Positions 20,198 to 31,543 of a DNA stretch of 64,000 bases are shown in pieces. The first letter of the stretch is position 1, and each line of letters starts with the position of its first letter. Below the pieces are notes generated by a model that was not told where the DNA came from, searched no databases, and worked only from the letters and a program-made list of their open reading frames with translations. The position numbers were made by a program, and so were the translations under genes. The DNA comes from an uncultured Verrucomicrobiota bacterium (GTDB lineage Bacteria > Verrucomicrobiota > Verrucomicrobiia > Opitutales > Opitutaceae). The stretch is taken from the NCBI GenBank assembly GCA_903856725.1, contig CAIOCT010000039.1, positions 26,034 through 90,033 on the forward strand. The letters run 5' to 3'.

Positions 20198-22237
20198 TTA
20201 GCCGTGGAGCAGGTCTAATGATTTTCCCTTGAGCGGGAAGATGGGGTAACCGAGACGCTTGGAGCCGATCTCCTCGAACGTGATACTGATCATAAAGTCT
20301 TTGACTAGGAATTGCAGGAAATCGCGCTTGTTCATAAGGAGACAGCGCGCGGGGGTGCGTGCGACAATCGTCGCGGTGGCATCGCTATTTTGTAGATGGC
20401 TGATTTCTCCAAAGAAATCGCCAATTTTGAGTGCCGCTATTTCTTCTTTACGGCGCTGCACGGAAAGTTCGCCCTCGTAGAGTAGATAGAAAAATTCATT
20501 ATACTGGTTCTCAGAGGTGAGGGTGCTCCCTTTAGCGAAATCCTGGATAAATGAATTTTCGGCGAAAGCATGCATCGCGTGCGGGGCCCAATTGCGGGAG
20601 AGTGGGATCCGGTGAAGGAAGGCGATTTTCTGGATGGTGAGCTCAATCGTCTCACGAGACATTTTAGGGAACACGAGTTGTTCAAAGACCGGCCGTGAAA
20701 AAGCGAGCAGGACTGAGGGCTGAAGGCTCCGGACTGAGCGGGTGCGCAGGGTGCCGCGGAGGAGGGCAATTTCGCCGAACATATCGCCGCAGGCGAGTTT
20801 GGCGACGGATTCGAGGCGACCGTTCTCGAGCTCCCGCATTACTTCCAGGCGCCCTGTTGCTACCAAAAATATTTTATCACCTTCATCGCCTTCGCTCAGG
20901 ACGGTGGCTCCTGAGGGGTAGAGGAGAGTTTCCGCCGCCGTGGCGAGGGCGGTGCGATTTTCGGGTGGCAGGGTTTTAAAGAGCAAGGAATGGGCAATGA
21001 GGGTAGCGATTGTTTCTGAAGTAACGCTCGCCGGTTCGGGTAAGAGGGTGCGGCGGCGTTTTTCATACCACCAATCGCGGGTGATGACATAGCCGAGCCA
21101 AGCGATGGCCCCGAGCGCGCTGATGACGATCAGGCTTAAGCTTACGAGGAGTGTGAGCGCGGTGAATTGGAGTCCGCGTGCACTCAGCAGCGTTTGCCAA
21201 AGTGTGGCCGCGTGTGCATCGAGCAGCAATGTTCCGGTGGCTAGCATTAGCCCGAGCCAAATAAAAACGAGCACAGCGTGAATCCCGAAAAATCGCAGGT
21301 CGGTTTTTTTGGTGAGGGTTTTAAATGCGTACTGAAGGGTTTGATTGGGCTGGAAGGCGAAGTTACGATCGGAGTCGAGGGTCGGCACAGCATAAAGTGC
21401 GCGAATAATTTTTAATCCTGGTGACGCCCAAAAAGGGGAGATCAAAAATAACAAGGCGAAGAAGATGGGCACGACGAGCTGGGGGGCAAAGCCGGCTGAG
21501 AGCCCGAGGGCGAACAAGATCGGCGTGAGACCCGCGAGCCCTGCCGTGATGACCGTGGACTGGCCCGCCATGATTGCGTCGTCGAGATCGACCGAAAAGC
21601 GCGGAAAAAATGCCTTCCAGTGAAATTGGGGGGAGTAGATTTCCGCATGTGCGTTGCGCACGACCGCTGACGCGACCCAGGCGCCGGCGCTGATCGCAAT
21701 GCAGATGGCAGCCCAGGAGCTCAAGAGGTGGCCGATATGCTGGGGCAGCTGCGGCGGTTGGAGTAACAGGAGCGCCACAGTGCCGATGGCGATAATCAGC
21801 GCGAGACCGCGAACCCATTGACCGGCGATTTGCCATTTCCATGAGGTCGGGGGATCCTCGGTGGGAGGGGTGCCGCCTTCGCATTCTAGCACCCCGGCGC
21901 GAAACGCCTTTAAGGTCGTCTCATAAAATTCACGCAAGGGAATGCAGTCACGGTCGGAGATTAAGCGAAAAAGGATTTGCGGTACAGTCCGCCCTGGACC
22001 TGGGCCGAAAGTCTTGAGGGCCCGCCATTGACTGGGAGTTAAGGTGAGGTAATTGCGGCTGCGCTCATGTTTGATGATGATGCGGTCCGGCGAAATTGTT
22101 GTAACGCGGATGCCGGCTGCGCATTTTAATTCTACCGCAGAGAGGAGCGTGGTCTCATCGAGTTGGGTAAACTGAGGCGGGGAGGGCACCGTACGCGCGG
22201 ACTGATCGGATGGCAGGGGTGCGGATGGCAAGGTCAT
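20198..22237 (-). CDS. Membrane protein with a degenerate M50-like domain and two cyclic-nucleotide-binding domains
   Basis: C-terminal GDMFGEIALL..LRTRSV and GDFFGEISHL cNMP cassettes; central multi-TM region; cytoplasmic N-terminal domain. Confidence 0.8.
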   Translation of the reverse strand: MTLPSAPLPSDQSARTVPSPPQFTQLDETTLLSAVELKCAAGIRVTTISPDRIIIKHERSRNYLTLTPSQWRALKTFGPGPGRTVPQILFRLISDRDCIPLREFYETTLKAFRAGVLECEGGTPPTEDPPTSWKWQIAGQWVRGLALIIAIGTVALLLLQPPQLPQHIGHLLSSWAAICIAISAGAWVASAVVRNAHAEIYSPQFHWKAFFPRFSVDLDDAIMAGQSTVITAGLAGLTPILFALGLSAGFAPQLVVPIFFALLFLISPFWASPGLKIIRALYAVPTLDSDRNFAFQPNQTLQYAFKTLTKKTDLRFFGIHAVLVFIWLGLMLATGTLLLDAHAATLWQTLLSARGLQFTALTLLVSLSLIVISALGAIAWLGYVITRDWWYEKRRRTLLPEPASVTSETIATLIAHSLLFKTLPPENRTALATAAETLLYPSGATVLSEGDEGDKIFLVATGRLEVMRELENGRLESVAKLACGDMFGEIALLRGTLRTRSVRSLQPSVLLAFSRPVFEQLVFPKMSRETIELTIQKIAFLHRIPLSRNWAPHAMHAFAENSFIQDFAKGSTLTSENQYNEFFYLLYEGELSVQRRKEEIAALKIGDFFGEISHLQNSDATATIVARTPARCLLMNKRDFLQFLVKDFMISITFEEIGSKRLGYPIFPLKGKSLDLLHG

Positions 22238-22592
22238 GTGAGAGGGAGCTGGGGTGTTTTTCTAAAATTGAGCCCGGGAAGGCGCGGCTTTTAAATCTAT
22301 AGAATCAGTCAGATTGTTTATCGATTTTGACGATAGCTAATCAGCCGATAATTTATCAGAAGGGCAATTACCTAACTGAATCCCATCTTACTATATGAAA
22401 AATAGGAGTTATTACCTATCATGCATAGGCTTTATTACTTATCGTTAAGTATATATTATGAGCATGGCGCGGCGGGATTACGCGGCCGTGCTTTTTCGTG
22501 GCACGGCGCCGCCTGTGCATTTCTAGCAATGGCCATTCCGCATGAAGCCGCCTCGGAATAAGGGCGACTGGTGATAGTCTCCTCGCCGCTTT

Positions 22593-25500
22593 TTAGCTCG
22601 CAGGTTCGTAATCGAGGTAGGGGGCCAGCCACTTTTCGGTCGTGCTGGCTTGCAGCTTTTTGCGCCGAGCGTAATCGTGTACTTGATCGCGCGGTAACTT
22701 GCCGACCGCAAAATATTTAGCGTCGGGATGATTGAAATACAATCCGCTGATGCTGCTGGCGGGGAGCATAGCGCAAGACTCTGTGAGCGTGATGCCGGTG
22801 GCCGCGGGTACCGCTAGAAGTTCAAAGAGCGTAGTTTTTTCAGTATGATCAGGGCACGCTGGGTAACCAGGCGCAGGACGAATTCCGCGATATTTTTCAC
22901 GGATCATATCTGGCATCGTTAAATTTTCCGTCAAACCGTAGCCGGAGTAATCGCGCGCTTGCTTGTGTAGCAATTCAGCGAGGGCTTCAGCCAGACGGTC
23001 GCCGAGCGCTTGGGCCATGATTGCTTGGTAGTCGTCGTGTTGAGCGCGAAATTCAGCGGCAAATGCTTCCACCCCGTGACCAACGGTGACCGCGAAGCCG
23101 CCTAGATAATCTCGCCGGCCCGATTCTTTTGGCGCGATATAATCGGCCAGGCAGTGGTTGTACTGATCGGCCGGCTTTTCGTTTTGCTGCCGAAGAAAGT
23201 GAAAAGTAGTGAGGATCTTGGTTCGCGTTTCGTCAGTATAAATTTCCACGCTATCTCCGACTGCATGGGCGGGCCAGAAGCCGAGGACTGCTTGCGCGGT
23301 GTAACGTTGCTCTGCGACGATTTGCGCGAGCATTTTTTGAGCATCAGCGTAGAGTTTCGTCGCTTCTTCGCCCACGACGTGATCAGTGAGAATGTCGGGG
23401 AAGCGACCGTGGAGCTCCCACGCCGAGAAAAAAGGCGCCCAATCAATAAACTTAACGATCTGGCTGAGCTGTAATTTATGGGTCGACGCTGACTGGAGCG
23501 ACGCTGGCGCCGAGGTATAAACCCGGGGGCCAATAAATTCTGGTTGGGCGATGGCGATGGTCGACCAGTCTGTGGGTTGCCGGCGCGCGCGGGCTTCCGT
23601 GAGCGTGAGCATTTTTCGCGCCCCTTGGCGGTCCGCAAAATCGAGTCGCTGCCGTTCTTGCTTGGCTCGCAAATCTGCGCGGTAAGCGGGCTGGTGTTCT
23701 GGATTGAGCAATTGGGCGACGACGCCGATGACCCGCGAGGCGTCGAGTACGTGACAGACAGGTTCTGGGTAGTGCGGGGCAATTTTGATTGCCGTGTGGG
23801 CAGCCGACGTGGTGGCGCCTCCGATCAGTAACGGGAGTTTAAAATTAAGCCGCGACATCTCTTTCGCCACGTGGACCATTTCATCGAGGGAAGGGGTGAT
23901 GAGACCGGAAAGCCCGATGACATCCGCACTTTTCTCTTGGGCGGCCGCGAGAATTTTTTCGCAGGACACCATCACACCAAGATCGATGACCTCATAATTA
24001 TTACAGGCGAGGACCACGCCAACGATGTTCTTGCCGATGTCATGCACATCTCCCTTGACCGTTGCCATGACAATCCGGCCCTGCGCGCGGGCGACGCCGC
24101 CGGCGGCCACGAGTTGCTTTTTCTCTTCCTCCATGAACGGTTGGAGGTAGGCGACGGCTTTTTTCATCACGCGAGCGCTTTTGACTACCTGCGGCAGAAA
24201 CATTTTACCGGAGCCGAAAAGGTCGCCCACCACGCGCATGCCCTCCATGAGCGGGCCTTCAATAATGAGCAGAGGTTTGCCGTATTTTTGGCGGGCCTCT
24301 TCGGTGTCGACGTCAATGAAAGCGTCGATGCCCTTCACGAGGGCATGACTAAGTCGCGCTTCAATCGGCGCTTGGCGCCAGGCCTCAGTGTTTTCGACTT
24401 TAGCTTCTTGGTTTTTATTGGGGCCGGCGGCCGCAGCTTTTAATTCTTCCCCGAGCGTGACCAGTCTTTCAGTGGCATCGGGCCGGCGATTCAGCAGGAC
24501 ATCCTCGACGTGCGTGAGGAGAATCGGATCGATCTCTTCGTAAACCTCTAGCATCGAAGGATTGACGATAGCCATGTCCAGACCGGCTCTAATGGCGTGG
24601 TAGAGAAAAGCTGAGTGCATGGCCTCGCGCACGGTATTGTTGCCGCGGAAAGCAAAGGAAACATTCGATAAGCCGCCGCTGACTTTGGCGTGAGGGAGGT
24701 GGGCTTTGATCCAGCGGGTCGCTTCGATAAAATCGACGGCGTAATTATTGTGCTCCTCGATGCCAGTGCCAACCGTCAGAATGTTGGGATCAAAAATAAT
24801 ATCTTCCGGCGGGAAATGGAGCGCGTCGACGAGCAGGCGGTAGGCGCGCGTGCAGATGCGGATTTTTTCCGCATAGGAAGAAGCTTGGCCATTTTCATCG
24901 AAGGCCATGATGACGACCGCCGCGCCGTAGCGCTGAATGGTCCGTGCCTGGTCGAGAAATTTCTCTTCTCCCTCTTTCAGCGAAATGGAGTTCACGATCC
25001 CTTTACCTTGGAGGCATTTCAAGCCGGCCTCGATCACCTCCCACTTGGAGGAGTCGATCATGAAGGGGACTTTGGCGACTTCCGGTTCACTTGCGAGCAA
25101 GTGCAAGTAGCGGTTCATGGCGGCGACGCCATCGATGAGGCCCTCGTCCATGCAAACATCAATGACATTGGCGCCGTTGTCGACTTGTTGGCGGGCGACG
25201 GCGACGGCTTCCTCAAAATTGCCTGCTTTGATAAGTTTCGCGAATTTAGGTGAGCCGGCGACATTCGTGCGCTCACCAATCATGATGAAATTATTTGGCG
25301 CTGGGGTAAATGGCAACGAACCTGACAAGGCGAACTGGGGAGCGAGAATATTGACGCGCCGCGCGGGTTGCGGCGCGAGGGCTTGCGCGATCGCCGCAAT
25401 ATGATCGGGCGTGTTGCCGCAGCAACCGCCCGCGATGTTGAGGAGTCCGCTGGTAGCAAATTCACCGAGGTGGCGCGCCATGTCGGCGGGGCCGAGATCA

Positions 25501-26441
25501 AAGCCGGTTGCTGCGAGCGGATTCGGCATACCTGCATTGGGATAGCAGGAGATGAAGGTATCTGACTTCGTTCCCAATTCTTCGAGAAAGGGGCGCATCA
25601 GATCGGGGCCAAGCGAGCAGTTGAGTCCGACGGCGAGTGGCTGGGCGTGGCGAACCGCGTTCCAGAAAGCTGCCACCGTTTGGGCGGAGATCATCGTTTC
25701 CCCGCCGCGGCCTACTGCCGCTGAGATCATCAGCGGTCGGTGAAGCTGATCTTCCGCGAAGACCTCAGCGATCGCTACGAGGGCAGCCTTAGCATTGAGT
25801 GCATCAAAGATCGTTTCAACAAGGAGGAGATCGACGCCTCCAGCGATCAGGGCGCGGACTTGGCGGCGATAGTCAGCTTTGACTTGATCAAAGGTAACCA
25901 CGCGAAAACCGGCGTCATCGGCATCTGGCGAAACCGAAAGCGAAACCGTTAAAGGGCCAACCGCCCCCGCCACATAGCGGCGTCGACCTGTGGCATTGGC
26001 GACCCGGTCTGCCCAAGTGCGGGCCAGCCGCGCAGAGGTGAAATTAATATCGCGCGCCAGTTCAGTTAGGAAACTATTTTCAAGCACCTCGGCATAGAAG
26101 GCGGGATCTTTGCGGCCACCTTTTTCCCGCGGATCCTCAATAAAAAATTCACTCTGGCCGATGCTCGTTGCGGAAAAAGTGTTCGTCTCAATGATATCAG
26201 CGCCCGCCTCTAAAAAGCGGCGGTGAATATCACCGATTTCCGTGGGCCGAGTGAGCGAGTAGATATCACCGTTGTTTTGCAGGTCCTTCAGCGCATCCTT
26301 GAAACGTTCCCCGCGGGCCGCTTGTTCATTCAGTTGATAACTGCGAATGGTTGTGCCCATGGCCCCATCCATAATCGCGATGCGTTCAGCGATGAGCTGA
26401 CGGAGAGCAGTTTCGGCAGCAGTGGGCGGGAGCGGCTTCAT
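22593..26441 (-). CDS. metH: Cobalamin-dependent methionine synthase
   Basis: [39 protein letters not shown]12-binding motif, [12 protein letters not shown]. Confidence 0.98.
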   Translation of the reverse strand: MKPLPPTAAETALRQLIAERIAIMDGAMGTTIRSYQLNEQAARGERFKDALKDLQNNGDIYSLTRPTEIGDIHRRFLEAGADIIETNTFSATSIGQSEFFIEDPREKGGRKDPAFYAEVLENSFLTELARDINFTSARLARTWADRVANATGRRRYVAGAVGPLTVSLSVSPDADDAGFRVVTFDQVKADYRRQVRALIAGGVDLLLVETIFDALNAKAALVAIAEVFAEDQLHRPLMISAAVGRGGETMISAQTVAAFWNAVRHAQPLAVGLNCSLGPDLMRPFLEELGTKSDTFISCYPNAGMPNPLAATGFDLGPADMARHLGEFATSGLLNIAGGCCGNTPDHIAAIAQALAPQPARRVNILAPQFALSGSLPFTPAPNNFIMIGERTNVAGSPKFAKLIKAGNFEEAVAVARQQVDNGANVIDVCMDEGLIDGVAAMNRYLHLLASEPEVAKVPFMIDSSKWEVIEAGLKCLQGKGIVNSISLKEGEEKFLDQARTIQRYGAAVVIMAFDENGQASSYAEKIRICTRAYRLLVDALHFPPEDIIFDPNILTVGTGIEEHNNYAVDFIEATRWIKAHLPHAKVSGGLSNVSFAFRGNNTVREAMHSAFLYHAIRAGLDMAIVNPSMLEVYEEIDPILLTHVEDVLLNRRPDATERLVTLGEELKAAAAGPNKNQEAKVENTEAWRQAPIEARLSHALVKGIDAFIDVDTEEARQKYGKPLLIIEGPLMEGMRVVGDLFGSGKMFLPQVVKSARVMKKAVAYLQPFMEEEKKQLVAAGGVARAQGRIVMATVKGDVHDIGKNIVGVVLACNNYEVIDLGVMVSCEKILAAAQEKSADVIGLSGLITPSLDEMVHVAKEMSRLNFKLPLLIGGATTSAAHTAIKIAPHYPEPVCHVLDASRVIGVVAQLLNPEHQPAYRADLRAKQERQRLDFADRQGARKMLTLTEARARRQPTDWSTIAIAQPEFIGPRVYTSAPASLQSASTHKLQLSQIVKFIDWAPFFSAWELHGRFPDILTDHVVGEEATKLYADAQKMLAQIVAEQRYTAQAVLGFWPAHAVGDSVEIYTDETRTKILTTFHFLRQQNEKPADQYNHCLADYIAPKESGRRDYLGGFAVTVGHGVEAFAAEFRAQHDDYQAIMAQALGDRLAEALAELLHKQARDYSGYGLTENLTMPDMIREKYRGIRPAPGYPACPDHTEKTTLFELLAVPAATGITLTESCAMLPASSISGLYFNHPDAKYFAVGKLPRDQVHDYARRKKLQASTTEKWLAPYLDYEPAS

Positions 26442-26456
26442 GAATGGACGTATCTT

Positions 26457-26478
26457 TACATCAAGATGCGATGATATG
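26457..26478 (-). promoter_or_regulatory. Candidate transcription-factor operator upstream of metH
   Basis: Minus strand CATATCATC-gcatctt-GATGTA, 15 nt before the metH ATG; the same box precedes metF. Confidence 0.6.
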
Positions 26479-26610
26479 AAAAGGCAAGCTAGTGATTACG
26501 TGACCGTGCGGCGTGATGTTGGGCTCGGCCCAATCGGAAAAAGCAGAGTAAAACACAAAAACCGCGCAGCCTTTAAGATTGCGCTGATGGGGCGCTGGGC
26601 TGGTGCTGGT

Positions 26611-26842
26611 GGCTGTCAGTCGTTCTTTATTTTAAAAAATCTGAAGCAACAGGGAAGGCCGTGAAATTCGGCCACAGTTGCGCTGCGGTAACGCATCACA
26701 GACCCCCATTCTGCCTAAAGGCAGGAGCAAAGCCAATCGGGCAACCGGTGAAGGCGAGGGGCGAGGATGCGCGCTTGCTCACCCGGGATAACGTTACTTG
26801 GTGAGCGAGTGCGTAAGAAATGCGGAGTCCGAACATCTGCCT
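26611..26842 (+). ncRNA. Cobalamin (AdoCbl-type) riboswitch
   Basis: AACAGGGAA-GGCCGTGAAATTCGGCC-ACAGTTGCGCTGCGGTAA core; B12-box variant GCCAATCG..CGGTGAAGGC; 3' GAGTCCGAACATCTGCC pairing with 5' GGCTGTCAGTCGTTC; lies upstream of a TonB-dependent receptor. Confidence 0.9.
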
Positions 26843-27014
26843 TCAGAACTCACCGCGCTGGCGCGCTCGGCGCACTGGCGAGAAACCTTCAACGCTTATT
26901 TGAAGGGTGGGAGTGGATCAAAGTGATCAAGGTCGGTGCTTTCATTATCATAAAAGTGGAAATGAATGCGCTGATCTGACTCGCGATCTGCTCTTGCCTT
27001 AGCAGCAGCCGATC

Positions 27015-28874
27015 ATGAATCAAATCCACTCGGGCGCTTTCGCGCGCCCCCTATGTTTCGTCAGCTTATTAATGGCTAGCGCCGCCATTGCGCAAATAAC
27101 GGCCCCAGAAATTTTGCCGGTCTACGTTCTCACGGCCACTCGCACGCCCACGGCATTGACGACCACGGGCAGTTACGTGGACTCATTCAGTGCGGCTGAT
27201 CTCGCGCGCATGCAGCTGAGCAGCTTATCCTCGGCTCTCAGTGGCATCGCGGGCGCGCCAATTTTTGCCTCCGGGGCCGCCGGCGGGGTCACATCGCTTT
27301 TTCTCCGTGGGGCCAATTCCAACCAGACCTTATTTCTGGTGGATGGCATCCGTTTCAACGACCCGAATACTGATTATGGCGTCGCGCTGGGCGGAATGAG
27401 TGTTGCCGCCGGGGATAGCTTAGAGGTCGTGCACGGCCCGCAAAGCACCCTCTACGGTGGTGAAGCGGTAGGGGGTGTTTTGGCTTTGCACGCAGCGCGG
27501 GGGGCCGGCCTCGGCACGCAGAGCCGCTCGTTTGAGGCTGGAGCTTTTGGAACGTTGCAGGGGGCTATTCACGCTCAAGGAGGCGATCGGGGCTCGGCTT
27601 ACAATTTTTCGGCGATGGGGGGCAGCACGCAAAATAGCCGGCCTAACAATGATTTCACCAGTGCAACGTACGCGCTCCGCCTCGACCGACAAATCAACCC
27701 GCGGTTGGCGTTGGGCGCGACGGTGCGTGGTTTTTTAAGTCAGTATGGCTCGCCTGGTGACCGCTACACGAATGATCCCGATAATAAAGATAGTGAAAGT
27801 AACCAACTCGGGACCATTTTTTTGGAATATAATCCGACGCCGATGTGGACAACCAAAGCCGTGCTGGGTGGGCAGGACCGGCGCTTTGTGGCCCGTGATC
27901 CTGGGCCTGATGGCCTCGTTGAGACCGTCGTGAAAAATCAGCGCATCGTGTTTGATGGACAAAGCACGCTCCAGGTCGGCGAACAACATCGGGTGACGGC
28001 GGGCTTAACCACCGAGGGGCACCATACTCGCAACACGGGCTTTGGGAATATTGATCAGCGGCAGCAACTCATCGCGATTTTTGTGCAGGACGAATGGACG
28101 CCCGTCCCTCGAGTTTTTTTAACGGCTGGTTTGCGGAGTGATGATCATGATACTTTTGGTCGAGCCACTACCGGCCGGGTGACGGCGGCGTGGTTGTCGC
28201 AAAATACTCGCTGGAAAATTCGGGCGACGTATGGAACTGCTTTTCGGGCACCGAGCTTTCTCGATCTTTATGGGCAGAGTTCCTTCTACGTGGGGAATTC
28301 TGCTTTGCGCCCCGAGCAAGCGCAGGGGTGGGACGCGGGCTTTGATTATTTTTTCCCGCATAATCGGGGTAGTTTAAGTGCGACTTGGTTTGATACCCGC
28401 TTTAATAATCTCATCACCTTTGATTTTGCAGTTTTCCCTGGCACCGTGAGAAATGTGGGCCGCGCGCTTACTCGGGGCGGGGAATTTTCGGGTAAATGGG
28501 GCTTCGAACAAGTGGTTCAAATGCGCCTGGCCTATACTTATCTTGAAGCGGACGATCTTACTCACGGCACCCGCTTGCTGCGGCGACCTCGGCACAGTGG
28601 CGCGCTCGATTTATGGCATAATTTCAACGGCGGTCTGAGTGCCGGCGCCGGTTTGACTTGGCAGGCACAACGTGAAGATGTCGATGCGGCCACTTATGCG
28701 ACGATTCGCGCAGAAGATTATGCGATCGCGCGAATTTATACCGCTTGGCAGGTCAGTGCGCGGGTGACGCTTAAAATGCGGATGGAGAATATTTTTAATA
28801 AAAAATATGAAGAGGTGAATGGTTACCCTCAACTGGGACTGGGGTTCTTTGGTGGCTTGGAGATTAAATTTTAA
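27015..28874 (+). CDS. btuB: TonB-dependent outer-membrane receptor, BtuB-like (probable corrinoid uptake)
   Basis: VLTATR TonB-box region, LRGANSNQTLFLVDG plug, GPQSTLYGGEAVGGV, ENIFNKKYEEV, terminal F; preceded by a B12 riboswitch. Confidence 0.85.
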   Translation: MNQIHSGAFARPLCFVSLLMASAAIAQITAPEILPVYVLTATRTPTALTTTGSYVDSFSAADLARMQLSSLSSALSGIAGAPIFASGAAGGVTSLFLRGANSNQTLFLVDGIRFNDPNTDYGVALGGMSVAAGDSLEVVHGPQSTLYGGEAVGGVLALHAARGAGLGTQSRSFEAGAFGTLQGAIHAQGGDRGSAYNFSAMGGSTQNSRPNNDFTSATYALRLDRQINPRLALGATVRGFLSQYGSPGDRYTNDPDNKDSESNQLGTIFLEYNPTPMWTTKAVLGGQDRRFVARDPGPDGLVETVVKNQRIVFDGQSTLQVGEQHRVTAGLTTEGHHTRNTGFGNIDQRQQLIAIFVQDEWTPVPRVFLTAGLRSDDHDTFGRATTGRVTAAWLSQNTRWKIRATYGTAFRAPSFLDLYGQSSFYVGNSALRPEQAQGWDAGFDYFFPHNRGSLSATWFDTRFNNLITFDFAVFPGTVRNVGRALTRGGEFSGKWGFEQVVQMRLAYTYLEADDLTHGTRLLRRPRHSGALDLWHNFNGGLSAGAGLTWQAQREDVDAATYATIRAEDYAIARIYTAWQVSARVTLKMRMENIFNKKYEEVNGYPQLGLGFFGGLEIKF

Positions 28875-28955
28875 AGTACCTTACAAGTAAGCGCAGCCTC
28901 CAGCACTCCACGCTTGCGGCTTTTTTGCGGAGTGAGAAACTGGATCATCCCTATT

Positions 28956-30743
28956 ATGAAGTTATCTATCCCGTCACTTGTTTTGGTGTTCTTTTTCGGC
29001 GCTTCATTTTTACAAGCGGAAGATTTGCGTCACGGTCAGCCGAAGCAGGCGCAGCGGCCTGCGGCTGTTTATGTTCCTGCACTCAGTGCGCTGGTGCCGC
29101 CGGTTGCCAGTGAACTCCGCGAATTGGTTGAACGTTTCAAAACCGACCGAGAATCCCTGCTCCGAGTTTATTCTGTGCCAGGCTCAACGCTGCAGCTACG
29201 GCGCTTGCGGGAATTTTATCAGAGCTGGCAGCAGCAGTTAGATGCACTGCCGTACGCCGCTTTGGGTAATGAGGGGCGCATTGATTGGCAGCTCATGCGA
29301 CTCCAGCTCCGCTATGAACTCGGGTTGATCGCGCGTACTGAAAAACGCCACGCGGAGATGGCCTCCTTCATGGGCTTCGCGGACGACATTGCGACCTTGC
29401 AGGAAACTCGCCGTGAATTCGAACACGTCGCGGCAGCGTCAGCCGCCATCACACTCGGAAAAATTCGCCAGGAAATCGAAGATGCGCAGCGTAAATTGAC
29501 GGGGGCAGCGGCTCTGCCGAATAAAATTTTAGCCTATCGGGCGGCGAGCCGACTGGGCGATTTAAGCAAGACGCTCAAAGATTGGTTTGAATTCTATGAC
29601 GGCTATGATCCGCAGTTTAGCTGGTGGAATCGCGAGCCTTATAAGAAGACTGCCGCCGCCTTAGACGAGTACGCTAAGTTTTTACGCGAGAAAATTGTCG
29701 GGGCCAAAGCGGGAGAGGATGCGCCGATCATCGGTGATCCGATCGGCGCGGAGGGCTTGGCCTTAGATTTGGAACATGAGATGATGCCGTACACCCCGGC
29801 CGAGTTGATTGCCGTAGCGGAAAAAGAATTCGCGTGGTGTGAGGCTGAATGGCAGAAAGTCGCTCGCGATCTGGGCCTCGGGAACGATTGGAAAGCCGCT
29901 CTAGAAAAAGTGAAACATGATTCCGTCGCGCCCGGCGACCAACCGGCGTTGATTGCTAGCATGGCCTACGAGGCGACAGATTTTATTATCAAACGCGATC
30001 TGCTGACCATTCCGCCATTGGCGATTGATGATTGGACGATGACGATGATGTCACCCGAGCGGCAAAAAACTAATCCGTTCTTCTTAGGGGGAGATCGTAT
30101 TATCGTCTCTTTCCCCACGGACACGATGGATCAGGCGGAGAAACTGAATAGTCTGCGGGCAAACAATACGCATTTTTGTCACGCGACAGTTTTCCATGAA
30201 CTTATTCCCGGCCATCATCTCCAGGGCTGGTATGCAGACCGCTTTAATCAGCACCGAGATTTGTATTATACCCCCTTTTATGTCGAAGGGTGGGCCTTGT
30301 GGTGGGAATTTCATCTCTGGGATCTTGGCTTTCAACAAACTCCGGAAGATCGCGCGGGAGCGCTTTTCTGGCGGACGCATCGCTGCGCGCGCATTATTTT
30401 CTCACTCAACTTTCATCTCGGGCGATGGACGCCGCAGCAATGCATCGATTTTCTTGTGGAAAAGGTTGGTCACGATCGCCACACCGCGACGGGTGAAGTG
30501 CGACGGTCATTTAATGGCGATTACTCGCCGCTCTACCAAGTCGGTTATATGATGGGGGCGATTCAGTTGCGCACGCTTTATGCGGATCTCGTCAAAACCG
30601 GTAAGATGACGGAGAAGAATTTCCACGATAGTATTCTTAAGGGTGGCATTATGCCCATTGAGATGGTGCGCGCGCATGTCACCGGCACCGCTTTGCCGCA
30701 GGATTATCGCTCGTCATGGAAATTTGCCGGCGAAAAACCTTAA
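28956..30743 (+). CDS. DUF885-family secreted protein (putative metallopeptidase-like)
   Basis: Signal peptide; HELIPGHHLQ, VEGWALWWE, QVGYMMGA motifs; start moved to MKLSIP. Confidence 0.85.
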   Translation: MKLSIPSLVLVFFFGASFLQAEDLRHGQPKQAQRPAAVYVPALSALVPPVASELRELVERFKTDRESLLRVYSVPGSTLQLRRLREFYQSWQQQLDALPYAALGNEGRIDWQLMRLQLRYELGLIARTEKRHAEMASFMGFADDIATLQETRREFEHVAAASAAITLGKIRQEIEDAQRKLTGAAALPNKILAYRAASRLGDLSKTLKDWFEFYDGYDPQFSWWNREPYKKTAAALDEYAKFLREKIVGAKAGEDAPIIGDPIGAEGLALDLEHEMMPYTPAELIAVAEKEFAWCEAEWQKVARDLGLGNDWKAALEKVKHDSVAPGDQPALIASMAYEATDFIIKRDLLTIPPLAIDDWTMTMMSPERQKTNPFFLGGDRIIVSFPTDTMDQAEKLNSLRANNTHFCHATVFHELIPGHHLQGWYADRFNQHRDLYYTPFYVEGWALWWEFHLWDLGFQQTPEDRAGALFWRTHRCARIIFSLNFHLGRWTPQQCIDFLVEKVGHDRHTATGEVRRSFNGDYSPLYQVGYMMGAIQLRTLYADLVKTGKMTEKNFHDSILKGGIMPIEMVRAHVTGTALPQDYRSSWKFAGEKP

Positions 30744-30795
30744 GTCAGGCGCAGCTGGTTTGTAATATAATACGTTACAAACCGGCACTCGGGTG

Positions 30796-31539
30796 TTAGC
30801 GGGCGAGCGCGATTAAGCGTTCGAGCAGGTCGGAGGTGGTGAGGTAGTTGGACCAGCCATAAGCGGCAGTGGCTGCGGTGGCAAGTTGCTCGGGATCATT
30901 GCTGCGCGCGGCACGGGCGAGGTTCAGGCGTTGCTCTTCTTGTTGCCGCGTCAAAGAACTCAGGAGGGTTCGGGGCGGCCAGGGAAAGGGAAAGGCGGCG
31001 ACGCGGTCGATGGGCGATAAGCTGGCAAAGTGCTGCCACCAGCTTGAAAATAATGGCGAACTCAGCAGCCCATGGGTGAAATCATCGTCTCGAGCCACGA
31101 CGAGAAAATGGGTATCGGGGAGCACCTCGCTGTCGATCCAAGTCCAGGTGAGTTCGGTCGCTGCGAGAGGCGTGACGAGGGAGCGTTCGAGTCGAGCGAG
31201 CGAGGTGCGGAGCTCGATTTTAGCGTGGGGGTTTCGCCACCATTCGCCTGTGGTCACTGGTTGGTTGGATTTTAGGTGGCGGCTAGGACCCGTGTAGAGA
31301 TTGGCTTCGGACTCGGTGCCATGGAACGGAAAATTTATCTGCCAGTGTTCGCTGGGGTGACCGGATTTTAAGCTAAGGCAGCGTTGGATGACATCGCTAT
31401 TTAAACGACCCGTGGGATTGATCGCACCCGCAAAGTGCTGGGCTTGATCTGCCGTGAGGCGGGCGGGTGGCCAGAGCTGTTCGCCGATAAAAATGAGGCC
31501 AGTATTTTCTGGGCGGGGTGCGGGCGTGGGCGCAGTCAT
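30796..31539 (-). CDS. Stand-alone, diverged target-recognition domain of MmeI-like type IIL restriction-modification enzymes
   Basis: NPTGRLNSDVI, WQINF, ANLYTGP, WWRN, LARLER..VTP, PDTHFLVVARDDDFTHGLLSS, FPFP, AAYGW recall the C-terminal half of MmeI-like enzymes; no methyltransferase motifs; start moved to MTAPTP, 4 nt after the recQ stop. Confidence 0.7.
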   Translation of the reverse strand: MTAPTPAPRPENTGLIFIGEQLWPPARLTADQAQHFAGAINPTGRLNSDVIQRCLSLKSGHPSEHWQINFPFHGTESEANLYTGPSRHLKSNQPVTTGEWWRNPHAKIELRTSLARLERSLVTPLAATELTWTWIDSEVLPDTHFLVVARDDDFTHGLLSSPLFSSWWQHFASLSPIDRVAAFPFPWPPRTLLSSLTRQQEEQRLNLARAARSNDPEQLATAATAAYGWSNYLTTSDLLERLIALAR

Positions 31540-31543
31540 GGGC

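Noticed and set aside
22430-22465. TTAAGTATATATTATG as a possible chromosomal dif site
   Set aside because: Spacer length and both Xer arms deviate from the 11-6-11 consensus
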